Shown piece by piece: positions 32,113 through 42,555 of a DNA stretch of 64,000 bases (the stretch's first letter is position 1; each line of letters starts with the position of its first letter). The position numbers and the translations under genes were made by a program. The stretch lies in assembly GCA_963788175.1 (NCBI GenBank), contig CAWBFZ010000006.1:55221-119220 (forward strand). Direction: 5' to 3'. Source of the DNA: Thermoanaerobaculia bacterium. GTDB lineage: Bacteria > Acidobacteriota > Thermoanaerobaculia > Multivoradales > JAGPDF01. Under the pieces are notes generated by a model, which was given only the letters and a program-made list of their open reading frames with translations, was not told the DNA's origin and did no database searches.

Positions 32113-33943
32113 TCAGGTGTGGATGCGGCCGAGGCGTTCGAGGCGCACGAGGTGGGCGAGGATCTGGCGCTCGGCGAGCGGCTGCACCGCCGGCACGATC
32201 TCGGGGTAGAGGCGCGGGATCATCGCCCGGGGCTCGCGCACTCCGGCCTCCCAGCAGTCGAGAATCTGGGCTTCGCGCTCCAGGCGGTGATCGCGGTACT
32301 CGGTGAGCTTGGTCACGCTGTCGAGGAACGGCGCGCCGTGACTCACGAAGAGCGTGCGCGGCGCGAGCTCGCGCAGGCGGTCGAGCGACGCGAGGTAGAG
32401 GTCCATGTCGCCTTCGGGTGGATCGATGACGATGGTGCCGAAGCCGGCGACCATGTCGCCGGCGACGAGGTCCCCGGTCGCTTCGACCTCGAAGCAGAGA
32501 TGGCCGCCGGCGTGCCCGGGCGTGTGATGCACCTTCAGGTTGAACGGCGGCGAGCCCTCGAGCTCGACGCGCTGGCCGTCGTGCAGCCAGCCGTCGACGG
32601 CGATACCCCGCGCCTGCAATCGCTCCGCGGTACGCTGGATGTCCGAAGACCGGGACGTCGAGGGCCCGGCGCATGAATTCGACACCGCCGACATGGTCGG
32701 GGTGGTGATGGGTGAGCCAGATCGCCCGGACGCGGCGGCCCAACCGTTGGCTGGCGACCTCGAGCGCCGCGAGCAGGCGTTGGTTCTCGGCCTCGAACGG
32801 TGACCCCGGATCCACGAGGACGCAGTCGCCGGTGCCGAGCAGGTAGGCGTTGGTGTGCGCCGCCGGTGGCAACGTCGCTGCGGCGAGCGGGAACAGCACT
32901 ACGCCCGGCCGCAGCTCGATGCGCCGGAGCGGCCCGAGGTTCGCCTCCGAGGTGTCGAGGAGGCGCGGGGAGGCGTGTTCTGGTCCCTCCTCGGCGAGCA
33001 CCTCGAGCAGGTGAAGGATCGGCGGCGCGGCGAGGGCGAGACCGGCGTCGAGGTGGGCGAGGGCGGCGCGCGGCGCGATCCACTCGCCCTCTTCGCTCTC
33101 CGGTGGAGCGATCCGCGGCTCGCCGTCTTCCGGCCGCCACTCGAGCAGGAAGAAGCGGTTGTCGAAGCGCGCCGGCGAGAACGGCGGGGTCAGCCAGCGG
33201 CCGGCGAAGCGGAGGCGGGAAGCGTCGAGGGCGAGACCGTTGTGCTCGAGCCAGGGGCCGAGGGACTTCTCGCCGGCCAGCTGGGACCGACGAAGTTCCG
33301 CTACGGACTCCGATTTCTCCACCGTCGAAGTGGGGACATCTTGCGCGGCCTCGGTCCTTCGCGAGATCGTAGCTGCCTCGCCCGCGCTAGGTGTCCCCTG
33401 CGGTGCTTCAGCGCGCGAGTTTGCCGCTCGGCGTCCCATCGGCCCCGACCGGGGACACATAGCGGGATTCGGCATCTGCGGCTCGGCGGGTACGACTCGA
33501 GCCCGCAATGTGTCCCCAGCTGTTTCGCCCTCGGTCCAGCCACCCCTCGCTGCCGCTGTTGCCGGACAGGCGACCAAGACCCCGGTTTCCTCGAAAAGCT
33601 CGCGCAGAGCGCAGGCGAGGATGCCGGGGACAAGATCCAATTCCTTTGGTGAGCTTTCCCTGTCGGCGGCCGCTGGGGTCCAGCCGTCCGGATGCAGTTC
33701 GGTCGGCACTCCGGCGAGCGGCAAGTTCGCGTCGCCGCGCTCGAGCCCGCCGCCGGGAAAGGCGTGCCAGCCGCCCATGAACGGCAGGATCTCGCCGCGC
33801 CGCAGCCAGAAGAGCTCGATCTCCCCGCCCGCGAGACAGCGGAAGAGAACGACTGAGGCCGAGCCGCGGGGCGGCTTCGGCGCGGCGAGCTCGCCGCCGG
33901 CAGCGGCGAGCACCTTCTCGTACAGTCCTTCGCCGCTGGTCAA
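32113..33943 (-). CDS. NUDIX hydrolase fused to a metallo-beta-lactamase-fold hydrolase; frameshift near 32650
   Basis: FPGG...CALRELFEETG NUDIX box, WLTPPF...RFDNRFF, THHHPDH, TPGH, AGDMV; TTG start overlapping the upstream stop. Confidence 0.85.
33332..33517. repeat. Two GGGGACA...TGTCCCC hairpins (REP/BIME-like) inside the NUDIX gene
   Basis: Arms 33332-33348/33382-33398 (15/17 match) and 33451-33466/33502-33517 (15/16 match). Confidence 0.7.
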
Positions 33944-34896
33944 GGCTGGGCGTCGTGGCCGGCGAAGCTCTTCTCGCCGGCTTCGATCCGCAGCGGCAGG
34001 CGGTTCTCGCGCGGTGGCAGCGGGCAGGTGGCGTAGGGAGTGAAGACGCACGGCGGATTGTAGGACCGGTTGAAGTCGAGCTCGACCCGGCCGCCCTGCG
34101 GCGGATCGGTATAGAGGAAGCGCCCGCCGCCGTAAGTCTCCTTGCCATTGGTCTTGTCCCCGAAGACCAGGAAGAGCCGGCCGTCGCCGGTGTCGTCGAG
34201 CGCCAGCAGGCGGTGTTCGACGCCATCGAGGGTGAAGACGACGTGGCCGGGCGACAGAATCGGCTCGTCGAATCCGAGCGCGTTCGGAATCGGGATCGCC
34301 TTGGGCTCGGCCGCGGCCTCGAAGCGCGCCGCGATCTTCCACCTGCGGTCGAGCGGGTAGTAGTCGAGGCCGTGGAACGCCTTGAGGGTCGCGGCCGCGC
34401 TGTCCTTGACCCGGATGCCGACGCGGTCGCCGCGCCGGATGGCGAAAAACGAGAGGCTGCCGTGCTGGAGCACGGTCGGCCCGGCATCGTCCGGGGCGTC
34501 GGCGTCGGTCACCAGAGCGAGGGTGGCCACCGGAGCGCCGGCGTGCGTGACGGCGGCGCCTGGCCCGGCGACGAAGGTGACCTGGCGCTGCCCGGCGGAT
34601 TCCACCAGACGCAGCGTTCCGAGCCGCACCGGCGCCTTGCCGGCGGGCAGCACGACGGCGCTCTTCGGGTCGCTGCCGATGCTGTTGTCGCCGGCTTTCA
34701 GCCAGCCGAGGCCGACCAGGGTCAACCAGCCGTCCGGCCTCTGCAGGCGCTCGAAGCGGGTCTGCTTCCAGGCGGCGACCTCTTCCTCCCAGGTCGGCGC
34801 TTTTCCCTGGCCGGCCGCGGGAGCGGTCTGGGCGGCGGCGCTGGCGAAGGTGCAGCTGGTGAGGAGCAGGACGAGAGCCGGAATCGTGCGCTTCAT
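33940..34896 (-). CDS. Exported DUF1684-family protein
   Basis: [46 protein letters not shown]; signal peptide. Confidence 0.88.
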   Translation of the reverse strand: MKRTIPALVLLLTSCTFASAAAQTAPAAGQGKAPTWEEEVAAWKQTRFERLQRPDGWLTLVGLGWLKAGDNSIGSDPKSAVVLPAGKAPVRLGTLRLVESAGQRQVTFVAGPGAAVTHAGAPVATLALVTDADAPDDAGPTVLQHGSLSFFAIRRGDRVGIRVKDSAAATLKAFHGLDYYPLDRRWKIAARFEAAAEPKAIPIPNALGFDEPILSPGHVVFTLDGVEHRLLALDDTGDGRLFLVFGDKTNGKETYGGGRFLYTDPPQGGRVELDFNRSYNPPCVFTPYATCPLPPRENRLPLRIEAGEKSFAGHDAQP

Positions 34897-34921
34897 GGTC
34901 GAAAGGTCTCCGGCTCGAAGC

Positions 34922-35662
34922 CTACTGCAACAGGCGCGGGAACAAGGACGGGACGCGCCGCTTGTGCTCCCGGTAGGCCTCGCCGAACTGGCGCTCGAGA
35001 TCGCGCTCCTCGTAGCCCAGGCCGATGAAGAGATAGATCGTGAGAACCCCGACCAGCAGCAGGCGCCCCTGGCTCATCGTCGGCGTCGCCCAGATGGCGA
35101 CGAGCGACCCCGTGTAGACGGGATGGCGGACCCGCCGGTAGAGGCCCCGGACCTCGAACTGCGGTGCGACGTACGGCACCCGGCGCGCCGCGCACCAGGC
35201 CTGCTGGAGCCCGAAGAGATGGGTGCTGCCGATCGCCGCGAGGGCGGCGATGACGATGCCCCAGCCAGCGCCCTGGAGCGCCCAGAGCCCAAGGCCCAGC
35301 GCCGCCCAGCCGGTGCCCGCGGGAACCTCCCAGACCGGCAGCGGCAGAGATTGCCATCCCCAGCAGATCAGGCCCATCTGCAGGCCGGCGATGAGCGAGT
35401 AGAGGCTGCGCTCGAGCTCGGGCGGAAAGTACGCCGCGAGGCGCTCCTTCGCGGTCCGGCGCGCCAGGAGGCTGTGCACCAGGGCAAAGGCGAGGAGCAG
35501 CGCCAGGTCGACGCCGAGCGCCGGGCCGGCCGGGCCGGCCGGGCCGCTGTCGACGCTCTTCGGCACGACGAGGTTGGCGAGAAAGAAGCCGAAATAGGCC
35601 ATCGAGAGGAGGGACGCGAGGTAGCCGGCCAGGCCGAAGGCGAGATAATGCGGGCGCTGCAT
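34922..35662 (-). CDS. Membrane methyltransferase, ICMT/MddA (methanethiol S-methyltransferase)-like
   Basis: [33 protein letters not shown]...YREHKRRVP; multiple TM segments. Confidence 0.75.
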   Translation of the reverse strand: MQRPHYLAFGLAGYLASLLSMAYFGFFLANLVVPKSVDSGPAGPAGPALGVDLALLLAFALVHSLLARRTAKERLAAYFPPELERSLYSLIAGLQMGLICWGWQSLPLPVWEVPAGTGWAALGLGLWALQGAGWGIVIAALAAIGSTHLFGLQQAWCAARRVPYVAPQFEVRGLYRRVRHPVYTGSLVAIWATPTMSQGRLLLVGVLTIYLFIGLGYEERDLERQFGEAYREHKRRVPSLFPRLLQ

Positions 35663-35773
35663 CGGCCGATTCTCTCCCATCCGCCCTGCCATCCGCCGGT
35701 GCCGGCGGGCCGTAGGAGAGAATGGAGGGAGCGCAATGAAACCGCCGTCCGTCACGCGCATCCAACACTTGCC

Positions 35774-36904
35774 ATGAAAAGCCACCGACTCCTGGCCCTC
35801 GCCCTGACCGCCGCCGTCGCCCTGATTGCCGTTCCGTGGCTGCTTTCTGCCCTGCAGCGGCCCGCCCCGAGCGCGCTCGCGGCCCTCGGTGCGGGCGAAC
35901 CGGCTACCGGCGCGGCGACCACCGACTCGCCCAGGAAAGGAAAATCCATGTCGAACTTCGCCAAGCCCACGGATGCCGAGCTCAAGGCCCGGCTGACGCC
36001 GCTGCAGTACGAGGTCACCCAGCAGGCGGGCACCGAGCCCTCGTTTCGCAACGACTACTGGAACGAGAAGCGTCCCGGGATCTACGTCGACGTCGTCTCG
36101 GGCGAGCCGCTCTTCTCGTCGCTCGACAAATTCGACTCCGGAACGGGCTGGCCGTCGTTCTCGAAGCCGATCGATGCCGCGAGCGTCACGACCCATACCG
36201 ACAGCGGGCTCTTCATGACCCGGGTAGAAGTGCGCTCGAAGCAGGCCGACTCGCACCTCGGCCACGTCTTCGACGACGGTCCGGCGCCCACCGGTCTGCG
36301 CTACTGCCTGAACTCCGCGGCGCTGCGCTTCGTGCCGGTCGAGAAGCTGGTCGACGAAGGCTATGAGCAGTACTTGCCGGCGTTCGAGAAGGCCGGCCAG
36401 CTGGCCAAGGACTCCGGCGAGCGCGAGACGGCGATCCTTGCCGGCGGCTGCTTCTGGGGGATGGAGGAGATCCTCCGCGGCATCCCCGGCGTGGTCGAGA
36501 CCGAGGTCGGCTACACCGGCGGCACGGTCAAGAACGCCACCTACGCCATCGTCAAGCACGGCGACTCCGGCCACGCCGAAGCGGTGAAGGTGACTTTCGA
36601 TCCGCAGCGGATCGCTTACGAGCAGCTGCTCGGCTGGTTCTTCCGCATGCACGACCCGACGACCAAGAACCGCCAGGGCAACGACATCGGCACCTCGTAC
36701 CGGTCGGCGATCTTCTTCACCAGCGCGGCGCAGAAGGCGACCGCCGAAGCGGTCCGGGCGCGCGTCGACCAGTCGGGCAAGTGGAAGAACCCGGTGGTGA
36801 CCGAGATCGTCGCCGCCTCCGACTTCTGGTCGGCCGAGGAGTACCACCAGGACTACCTGGTCAAGAACCCCGGCGGCTACACCTGCCACTACCTGCGCGA
36901 CTGA
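35774..36904 (+). CDS. msrAB: Bifunctional methionine sulfoxide reductase MsrB-MsrA with N-terminal signal/anchor
   Basis: [23 protein letters not shown] (MsrB); [15 protein letters not shown] (MsrA). Confidence 0.93.
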   Translation: MKSHRLLALALTAAVALIAVPWLLSALQRPAPSALAALGAGEPATGAATTDSPRKGKSMSNFAKPTDAELKARLTPLQYEVTQQAGTEPSFRNDYWNEKRPGIYVDVVSGEPLFSSLDKFDSGTGWPSFSKPIDAASVTTHTDSGLFMTRVEVRSKQADSHLGHVFDDGPAPTGLRYCLNSAALRFVPVEKLVDEGYEQYLPAFEKAGQLAKDSGERETAILAGGCFWGMEEILRGIPGVVETEVGYTGGTVKNATYAIVKHGDSGHAEAVKVTFDPQRIAYEQLLGWFFRMHDPTTKNRQGNDIGTSYRSAIFFTSAAQKATAEAVRARVDQSGKWKNPVVTEIVAASDFWSAEEYHQDYLVKNPGGYTCHYLRD

Positions 36905-36911
36905 GCCGCGC

Positions 36912-37005
36912 GGGAAAAATGGGGACAGGCACCAATTTCTCCGAAGCAGCTGGTGCGATCGACACCAACTATCGAGAGAAATTGGTGCCTGTCCCCATTT
37001 TTCCC
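36912..37005. repeat. Perfect 30-bp inverted repeat (REP-like palindrome)
   Basis: GGGAAAAATGGGGACAGGCACCAATTTCTC at 36912-36941 and its reverse complement at 36976-37005. Confidence 0.9.
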
Positions 37006-37055
37006 TAACTTTCGACAGTGCAAGGCTCCCCCAGGTCGAAAGGTAGACTCGAAAA

Positions 37056-38473
37056 ATGAGCTCACAGGACCTTCTGCGCCGCGCGGCCGAGATCGCGACC
37101 GACTACCTCGATCGCCTGCCTGAACGCCCCGTCGGCAGCACCGCGACCGTCGACGAGATGCGCCGCGCCCTCGGCGGGGCGCTGCCGGAGGCGGGCGAGA
37201 GCGCCGAGTCCGTTCTCGAGGCTCTGGCGCGCGCCGCCGATCCCGGCATCGTCGCGACCGCCGGCCCGCGCTATTTCGGCTTCGTCGTCGGCGGCACGCT
37301 GCCGGTAACGATCGCTGCCGACTGGCTGACCTCGACCTGGGACCAGAACGCCGGACTCTTCGTTCTCTCGCCGGCGAACGCGGTCGCCGAGGAGACTGCG
37401 GGCGTCTGGCTGGGCGAGCTGTTCGGACTCCCGTCGGGCGCCAGCGTCGGCTTCGTCACCGGCTGCCAGGCGGCGAATTTCTCGGCCCTCGCCGCCGCCC
37501 GCCACGCCCTCTCGCAGCGCTTCGGTTGGGACGTCGAGGCGCGCGGCCTCTATGGCGCGCCGGAGATCGAGGTGGTGGTCGGCGCCGAGGCCCATGTCAC
37601 CGTGCACACCGCGCTGCAGATGCTCGGGCTCGGCCGCGAACGCGTGCACCGCGTGGCCATCGACGATCAGGGCCGGATGCTCCCCGCGGCGCTCGCCGCG
37701 ACGCTCGCGCCCGCTCGCCGGCCGCCCGACGCTGGTCTGCGCGCAGGCTGGAAACGTCAACTCCGGGGCATTCGATCCCCTCGCCGAGATCGCCGACCTG
37801 ACCGTGCCGCATGGCGCCTGGCTGCATGTCGACGGCGCCTTCGGGCTCTGGGCCGGAGCCTGCTCCCGCGCTGCGTCCGCTGGTCGCCGGCGTCGGGCGC
37901 GCCGACTCCTGGGCAACCGACGCCCACAAGTGGCTGAACGTCCCCTACGACAGCGGGCTGGTCTTTTGCGCTCACCCTGAAGCGCACCGCGCCGCGCTCA
38001 CTGCCCACGCCGACTACCTCGAGCAGACCGCGGGGCAGGAGCGCGATTCGTTCGAGTGGGCGCCCGAGTTCTCGCGCCGGGCGCGCGGCTTCGCGATCTG
38101 GGCGGCGTTGCGTCACCTCGGACGCAGCGGCGTCGCCGGCCTCGTCGAGCGCTGCTGCCGCCACGCCCGCCGCTTCGCCGAGCTGCTCGAACACCAAGGC
38201 CGGGTGGAGATCCTCAACGACGTCGTGCTGAATCAGGTGTTGGTGCGGTTCCACCCGCCGGGGGACTCCTCCGGCGCCGCCGCCGCGGGGATCGATGCGT
38301 TCACCCGGGAGGTCATCCGGCGCGTGCAGCTCGACGGCACCTGCTGGCTGTCCGGCACGACCTGGCGGGGCCAGGCCGCGATGCGCATCTCGGTCTCCAA
38401 CTGGTCGACCTCCGACGCCGATGTCGAACGCTCCGCTGCCGCCATCCGCCGCGCCGCGGAACTGCCCCACTGA
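37056..38473 (+). CDS. PLP-dependent group II decarboxylase family protein; frameshifts near 37715 and 37860
   Basis: [35 protein letters not shown] (PLP Lys), RISVSNW. Confidence 0.87.
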
Positions 38474-38524
38474 GCCCCACTCGGCGCGCGGACTTCCGGC
38501 GCCGGGGATCGCCGTCCGCAGGGA

Positions 38525-39023
38525 CTAACTCTGCGGGCGCGCCTGCAGCAGGGTCCGGGTATAGGGAATCAAGCCCCCGGCATCCATGATGCCCTGCCGC
38601 GCCGCGGGCATCTTCACCTGGGCGAAGGCTCTTGCCGGTGGTCTGGTTCACCACCTGGTCGGCGGTGATCTCCAGCTCGTCGCCCTCGCTGGCCTCCAGG
38701 GCCGGACAGAGCACGACCTTCAGTCCGAGATTGATGCTGTTCTGCAGGAAGATGCGCGCGATCGACTTGGCCACTACCGTGACCTCGTAGCCCTTGAGCG
38801 CCGAGCACGCCTGCTCGCGGCTCGAACCGCAGCCGAAGTTCTCGCCGCCGACGATGATGCTGCCGGCGGGGAACTCCCGCGCCTTCAGCCGGGCGTTGAA
38901 CTCCGTGCGGTCGAAAAAGGCGAACTGCGGCGTCTCCGTGGGCAGCACCGTCGCCATGTAGCGCCCGGGATAGATGTCGTCCGTGCTGATGTCGTTGCCG
39001 AGCTGGATGATGACTTTGGCCAT
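38525..39023 (-). CDS. LeuD/HacB-like aconitase-family small subunit; frameshift near 38625
   Basis: DISTDDIYPG, GENFGCGSSREQA, ARIFLQNSINLGL, DAGGLIPY. Confidence 0.85.
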
Positions 39024-39045
39024 GCAGGACTCCTGTCTCGCGCTG

Positions 39046-40332
39046 TCAGGCGGTTCGGGGATCGGTGATGACGCCGGTGATGGCCGAGGCGGCGGCGACG
39101 GCCGGGCTGCAGAGGTAGACCTCCGACTTCGGGTTGCCCATGCGGCCCTTGAAATTGCGATTCGTCGTGCTGAGCGCGGTCTCGTTGTCGCCGAGCGCCC
39201 CTTCGTGCACGCCGAGGCAGGGTCCGCAGCCGGAGTTCATCACCACGGCGCCGGCCCGCATGAAGTCCTGGATGTAGCCCTTGTCCAGCGCCTGCGAGAA
39301 GATCCGCCCCGAGGCCGGGAAGACCAGCATCCGGGTGCCCGTCGCGACCTTCTTGCCACGCAGAATTTCCGCCGCCACGGCGAGGTCGTCCAGCCGGCCG
39401 TTGGTGCAGCTGCCGATGACGATCTGCTGCACGCTCGTGCCGGCGACGGCGCTGACCGGCTTGACGTTGTCCACCATGTGCGGGCAGGCGATCTGCGGCT
39501 CGAGCTTCGAGACGTCGACTTCGAGCGTGCGAACGTAGCGCGCGTCGGCGTCGGGAGCGACGCAAGGAATAGGCTCCGTCACGCCCGATTCTTCGCGCAG
39601 GTAGCGCACGGTCTCGGCGTCGCCGGGAACGATTCCCGAGGTGGCGCCGGCCTCGACGCTCATGTTGCAGATGGCGATGCGTCCGCTGGTGCTCATCCTG
39701 CGGATGGTCTCGCCGTGGAACTCCAGCACCTTGTAGTTGGCGCCCTGGGCGGTCAGCGTGCCGATGATGTGCAGGATCAGATCCTTGGCGCCGACGAACG
39801 GGGGGAACTCGCCGTTCACCACGACCTTGATGGTGGCCGGGACTTCGATGTTGACGGCGAAGCCCAGGCTCCAGACGGAGGCCATCTCGGTGGCGCCGAC
39901 ACCGAAGCTGAAGGCGCCCAGCGCGCCGTGCGTCGTGGTGTGGGAATCGGTTCCGACCACGACGTAGCCGGGGCGCACGTAGCCGTACTCGGGGAGGATC
40001 TGGTGGCAGATTCCGCCCACGTCGCCGCGGATGTCGTGAAACTTGGCGATGCCGTTGGCGGCGGTGAAATCGCGGATCTTCTTCTGGTTGGTCGCGGTCT
40101 TGGGCGACTCGGCGGGCACGCGATGATCGAAAATAATCGCGACCCGCGAAGGATCCCAGACCTTCGGGGCCAGTCCGGTGCCCGCGAAGATCTCCATGAA
40201 CTGGTTGATCACCAGCGCGGCGTTCTCGTGCGACATCGCGAGATCCACCTGCGGCTCGACGACGTCCCCGGCAGCGACGGTCGGCAGGCCTGCGGCGCGC
40301 GCGAGAATCTTTTCGACGACGGTCATTCCCAT
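39046..40332 (-). CDS. LeuC/HacA-like aconitase-family large subunit
   Basis: FDHRVP, GICHQ, GTDSHT, IGSCTNGR, GCGPCLG, STTNRNFKGRMG. Confidence 0.9.
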   Translation of the reverse strand: MGMTVVEKILARAAGLPTVAAGDVVEPQVDLAMSHENAALVINQFMEIFAGTGLAPKVWDPSRVAIIFDHRVPAESPKTATNQKKIRDFTAANGIAKFHDIRGDVGGICHQILPEYGYVRPGYVVVGTDSHTTTHGALGAFSFGVGATEMASVWSLGFAVNIEVPATIKVVVNGEFPPFVGAKDLILHIIGTLTAQGANYKVLEFHGETIRRMSTSGRIAICNMSVEAGATSGIVPGDAETVRYLREESGVTEPIPCVAPDADARYVRTLEVDVSKLEPQIACPHMVDNVKPVSAVAGTSVQQIVIGSCTNGRLDDLAVAAEILRGKKVATGTRMLVFPASGRIFSQALDKGYIQDFMRAGAVVMNSGCGPCLGVHEGALGDNETALSTTNRNFKGRMGNPKSEVYLCSPAVAAASAITGVITDPRTA

Positions 40333-40343
40333 AGTGGCTCCTG

Positions 40344-41543
40344 TCAGATGACGCCTGCGGTCTTGAGTCGGGACTGTTCGGCTGCGGAGATGTCCAGGGC
40401 AGTGTAGATCTCGCTGTTGTGCTCGCCCAGGAGCGGCGGCGGGGTATCGACCGAGCCTGGCGTCTTCTCGAACAGCGCCGTCATGCCGAAGACCTCGATG
40501 TCGCCGAATCCCTGAAGCGGCAGCTTCTTCAGCACGTCGCGGTGGCGCAGCTGCGGTTGCCGCAGCGCCTCTTCGAGGCTCAGAATCGCACCGCTGGGAA
40601 CATCGGCGGCGTTGAGCTCGGCCACCCATGCCGTCGTCGTGCGCTGGGCCAGCTTCTCCTCCAGCAGCGGCGTGAGCGCCCGGCGATTCTTCTTGCGCGT
40701 GTCGCGCTCGGCGAATCGCGGGTCGTTCTTGAGCTCGGGAAGCTCGAGGACGTCGCAGACCGCTTCCCATTGCTCCTGCTTGTTGGCGGCGATGTTGATG
40801 TGGCCGTCGAGCGTCCTGAACGTGCCACTGGGCGCGGCGGTGAAGTTGTCGTTCCCCATGAGCACCGGCTGCTGCTGCCCGATCAGGAGGTTGGCCGCGA
40901 CCCATCCCATGAGCGGCATGATGCTGTCCAGCAACGCGATATCGATCGATTGGCCTTCCCCGGTGCGTTGACGGTGGAAGAGCGCCGCCATCACCGCGAA
41001 GGCCGCGTTGAGTCCGCCGACCGTGTCGCATACCGGGAAACCGGCGCGCAGCGGGTTCAGGCGCTCGTCGCCGTTCACCGCCATCTCGCCCGACAGCCCC
41101 TGGATGATCTGATCGTAGGCCGGATTCAACGCGTCGGGTCCGGTCTGCCCGAAGCCGGAGATCGCGCAATAGACCAGTCCGGGGTTGATCCCGGAGAGCA
41201 CCTTGTATCCGAGCCCGAGGCGATCCATCACCCCGGGGCGGAAATTCTCCACCACGACGTCCGCATCCTTGGCCAGGCGCAGGAAGATCGCCTTGCCGGG
41301 GGCGCTCTTGGTGTTCAGCGTGATCGACTTCTTGTTGCAGTTCTGGGCGATGAAGCTGGTGCCCATGAGGCGCTTGTTGAGCTCCGGAAGAATTCCCAAC
41401 TTGCGCGCCAGGTCGCCGTCTTTCGGGTTCTCGACCTTGACGACTTCGGCGCCGAGCAGCGCCAGATGCAACGTCGTGAACGGTCCGGACAACACGTTGG
41501 TGAGGTCGAGAACCTTGATGCCTTCGAGAATGCGTCGATTCAT
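40344..41543 (-). CDS. Family III CoA-transferase (CaiB/BaiF)
   Basis: LEGIKVLDLT, VVENFRPGV, ISGFGQTGP, AYDQIIQG. Confidence 0.92.
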   Translation of the reverse strand: MNRRILEGIKVLDLTNVLSGPFTTLHLALLGAEVVKVENPKDGDLARKLGILPELNKRLMGTSFIAQNCNKKSITLNTKSAPGKAIFLRLAKDADVVVENFRPGVMDRLGLGYKVLSGINPGLVYCAISGFGQTGPDALNPAYDQIIQGLSGEMAVNGDERLNPLRAGFPVCDTVGGLNAAFAVMAALFHRQRTGEGQSIDIALLDSIMPLMGWVAANLLIGQQQPVLMGNDNFTAAPSGTFRTLDGHINIAANKQEQWEAVCDVLELPELKNDPRFAERDTRKKNRRALTPLLEEKLAQRTTTAWVAELNAADVPSGAILSLEEALRQPQLRHRDVLKKLPLQGFGDIEVFGMTALFEKTPGSVDTPPPLLGEHNSEIYTALDISAAEQSRLKTAGVI

Positions 41544-41562
41544 GTCTGCTCTCCTGGATCGC

Positions 41563-42504
41563 TCAGCTGGCCGGTGCTGCAGGCTGTGCGTCGGCCGGCA
41601 CTTCGTCCGGGACCGGGCCGATCTTGTAGACACAACCCGGAAGATCACGCCCGAAAAACGCCGCGACATCGCGCGCGACGCCGATCAGACGCGGCAGGTC
41701 GATTCCGGCGCACTCTCCCGCGCGCTGCAGGCCGTGCACGAGATCCTCGGTGGCGACGTTGCCCGCGGCGACCTTCGTGAAGGGACAGCCTCCGAGCCCA
41801 CCGAAGCTGGTCTCGATGGCGGTCGCTCCGGCACCGATCGCAGCGTAGACGTTGGCCATGCCGAGGCCGTAGGTGTTGTGGATGTGCGCCGTGATCCTGG
41901 CGCCGGGCGCCAGCACCAGAATGCGGCGCACATAGGCCGCGACCTGCGCCGGATGGGCGTGACCGGCCGTGTCCGCAAGGCTGATGGCCTCGAGGCCGGC
42001 GTCGAGGTAGGCCGCGACGATCTCGAAGACGCGCGCCTCGGCAACCCGCCCCTCGAAGCCGCAGCCGAAGGCGCTCTGCACGCTGACCTGGACCTCCCTG
42101 CCGGCCCGCTTCGCTTCGCGGGCCGTGGCAAGGATGCGCTGGGTGGCTTCTGCCGTCCCCATGCCGGTGTTCTTGCGACTGTGGGTTTCCGAAGCGGAGA
42201 CGCCGAGGCAGAACATCTCCACGCCACAGGCCAGTCCACGCTCCAGGCCCTTCTCGTTGAGCACCAGGCCCGAGAGGATGGCGCCCGAATCGCGCCTGCC
42301 CGCGGTGAGTCTGCGGAACAGCTCGTCGGTGTCGGCCATCTGGGGCACCTTCACCGGATGAACGAAGGAGCCCACCTGCACGATGTCGACGCCGCTGCCG
42401 ATCAGTCGTTCGAGCCAGGCGAGCTTGACCTCGGTCGGGACCACCTGCTTCTCGACCTGCAGGCCGTCCCGTGGGCCGACTTCATGAATGAGGATGTGCG
42501 CCAT
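41563..42504 (-). CDS. HMG-CoA lyase family (DRE-TIM) protein
   Basis: EVGPRDGLQ, LADTAG, HIHNTYGLG, GGLGGCPF...GNVATED. Confidence 0.9.
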   Translation of the reverse strand: MAHILIHEVGPRDGLQVEKQVVPTEVKLAWLERLIGSGVDIVQVGSFVHPVKVPQMADTDELFRRLTAGRRDSGAILSGLVLNEKGLERGLACGVEMFCLGVSASETHSRKNTGMGTAEATQRILATAREAKRAGREVQVSVQSAFGCGFEGRVAEARVFEIVAAYLDAGLEAISLADTAGHAHPAQVAAYVRRILVLAPGARITAHIHNTYGLGMANVYAAIGAGATAIETSFGGLGGCPFTKVAAGNVATEDLVHGLQRAGECAGIDLPRLIGVARDVAAFFGRDLPGCVYKIGPVPDEVPADAQPAAPAS

Positions 42505-42555
42505 AGCTGGACTCCGTTACTGGGCTCCGTCACTGGGCTCCGTTCGCTCGCCGTC

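Noticed and set aside
12850-33000. Calling the frameshifted island genes pseudogenes
   Set aside because: Only single-base indels with all catalytic and heme motifs intact, affecting essential-type ccm genes equally; this fits sequencing error better. Kept as a caveat finding.
35774-36904. Selenocysteine in MsrB or MsrA
   Set aside because: The catalytic positions are ordinary Cys codons (RYCLNS, GCFWG) with no in-frame TGA.
36781-37008. Small ORFs spanning the palindromes (36781..37008, 47268..47696)
   Set aside because: Their KMGTGTNF and GTGTDFRGNPCLSLF peptides are translations of the REP-like palindromes in off-frames.
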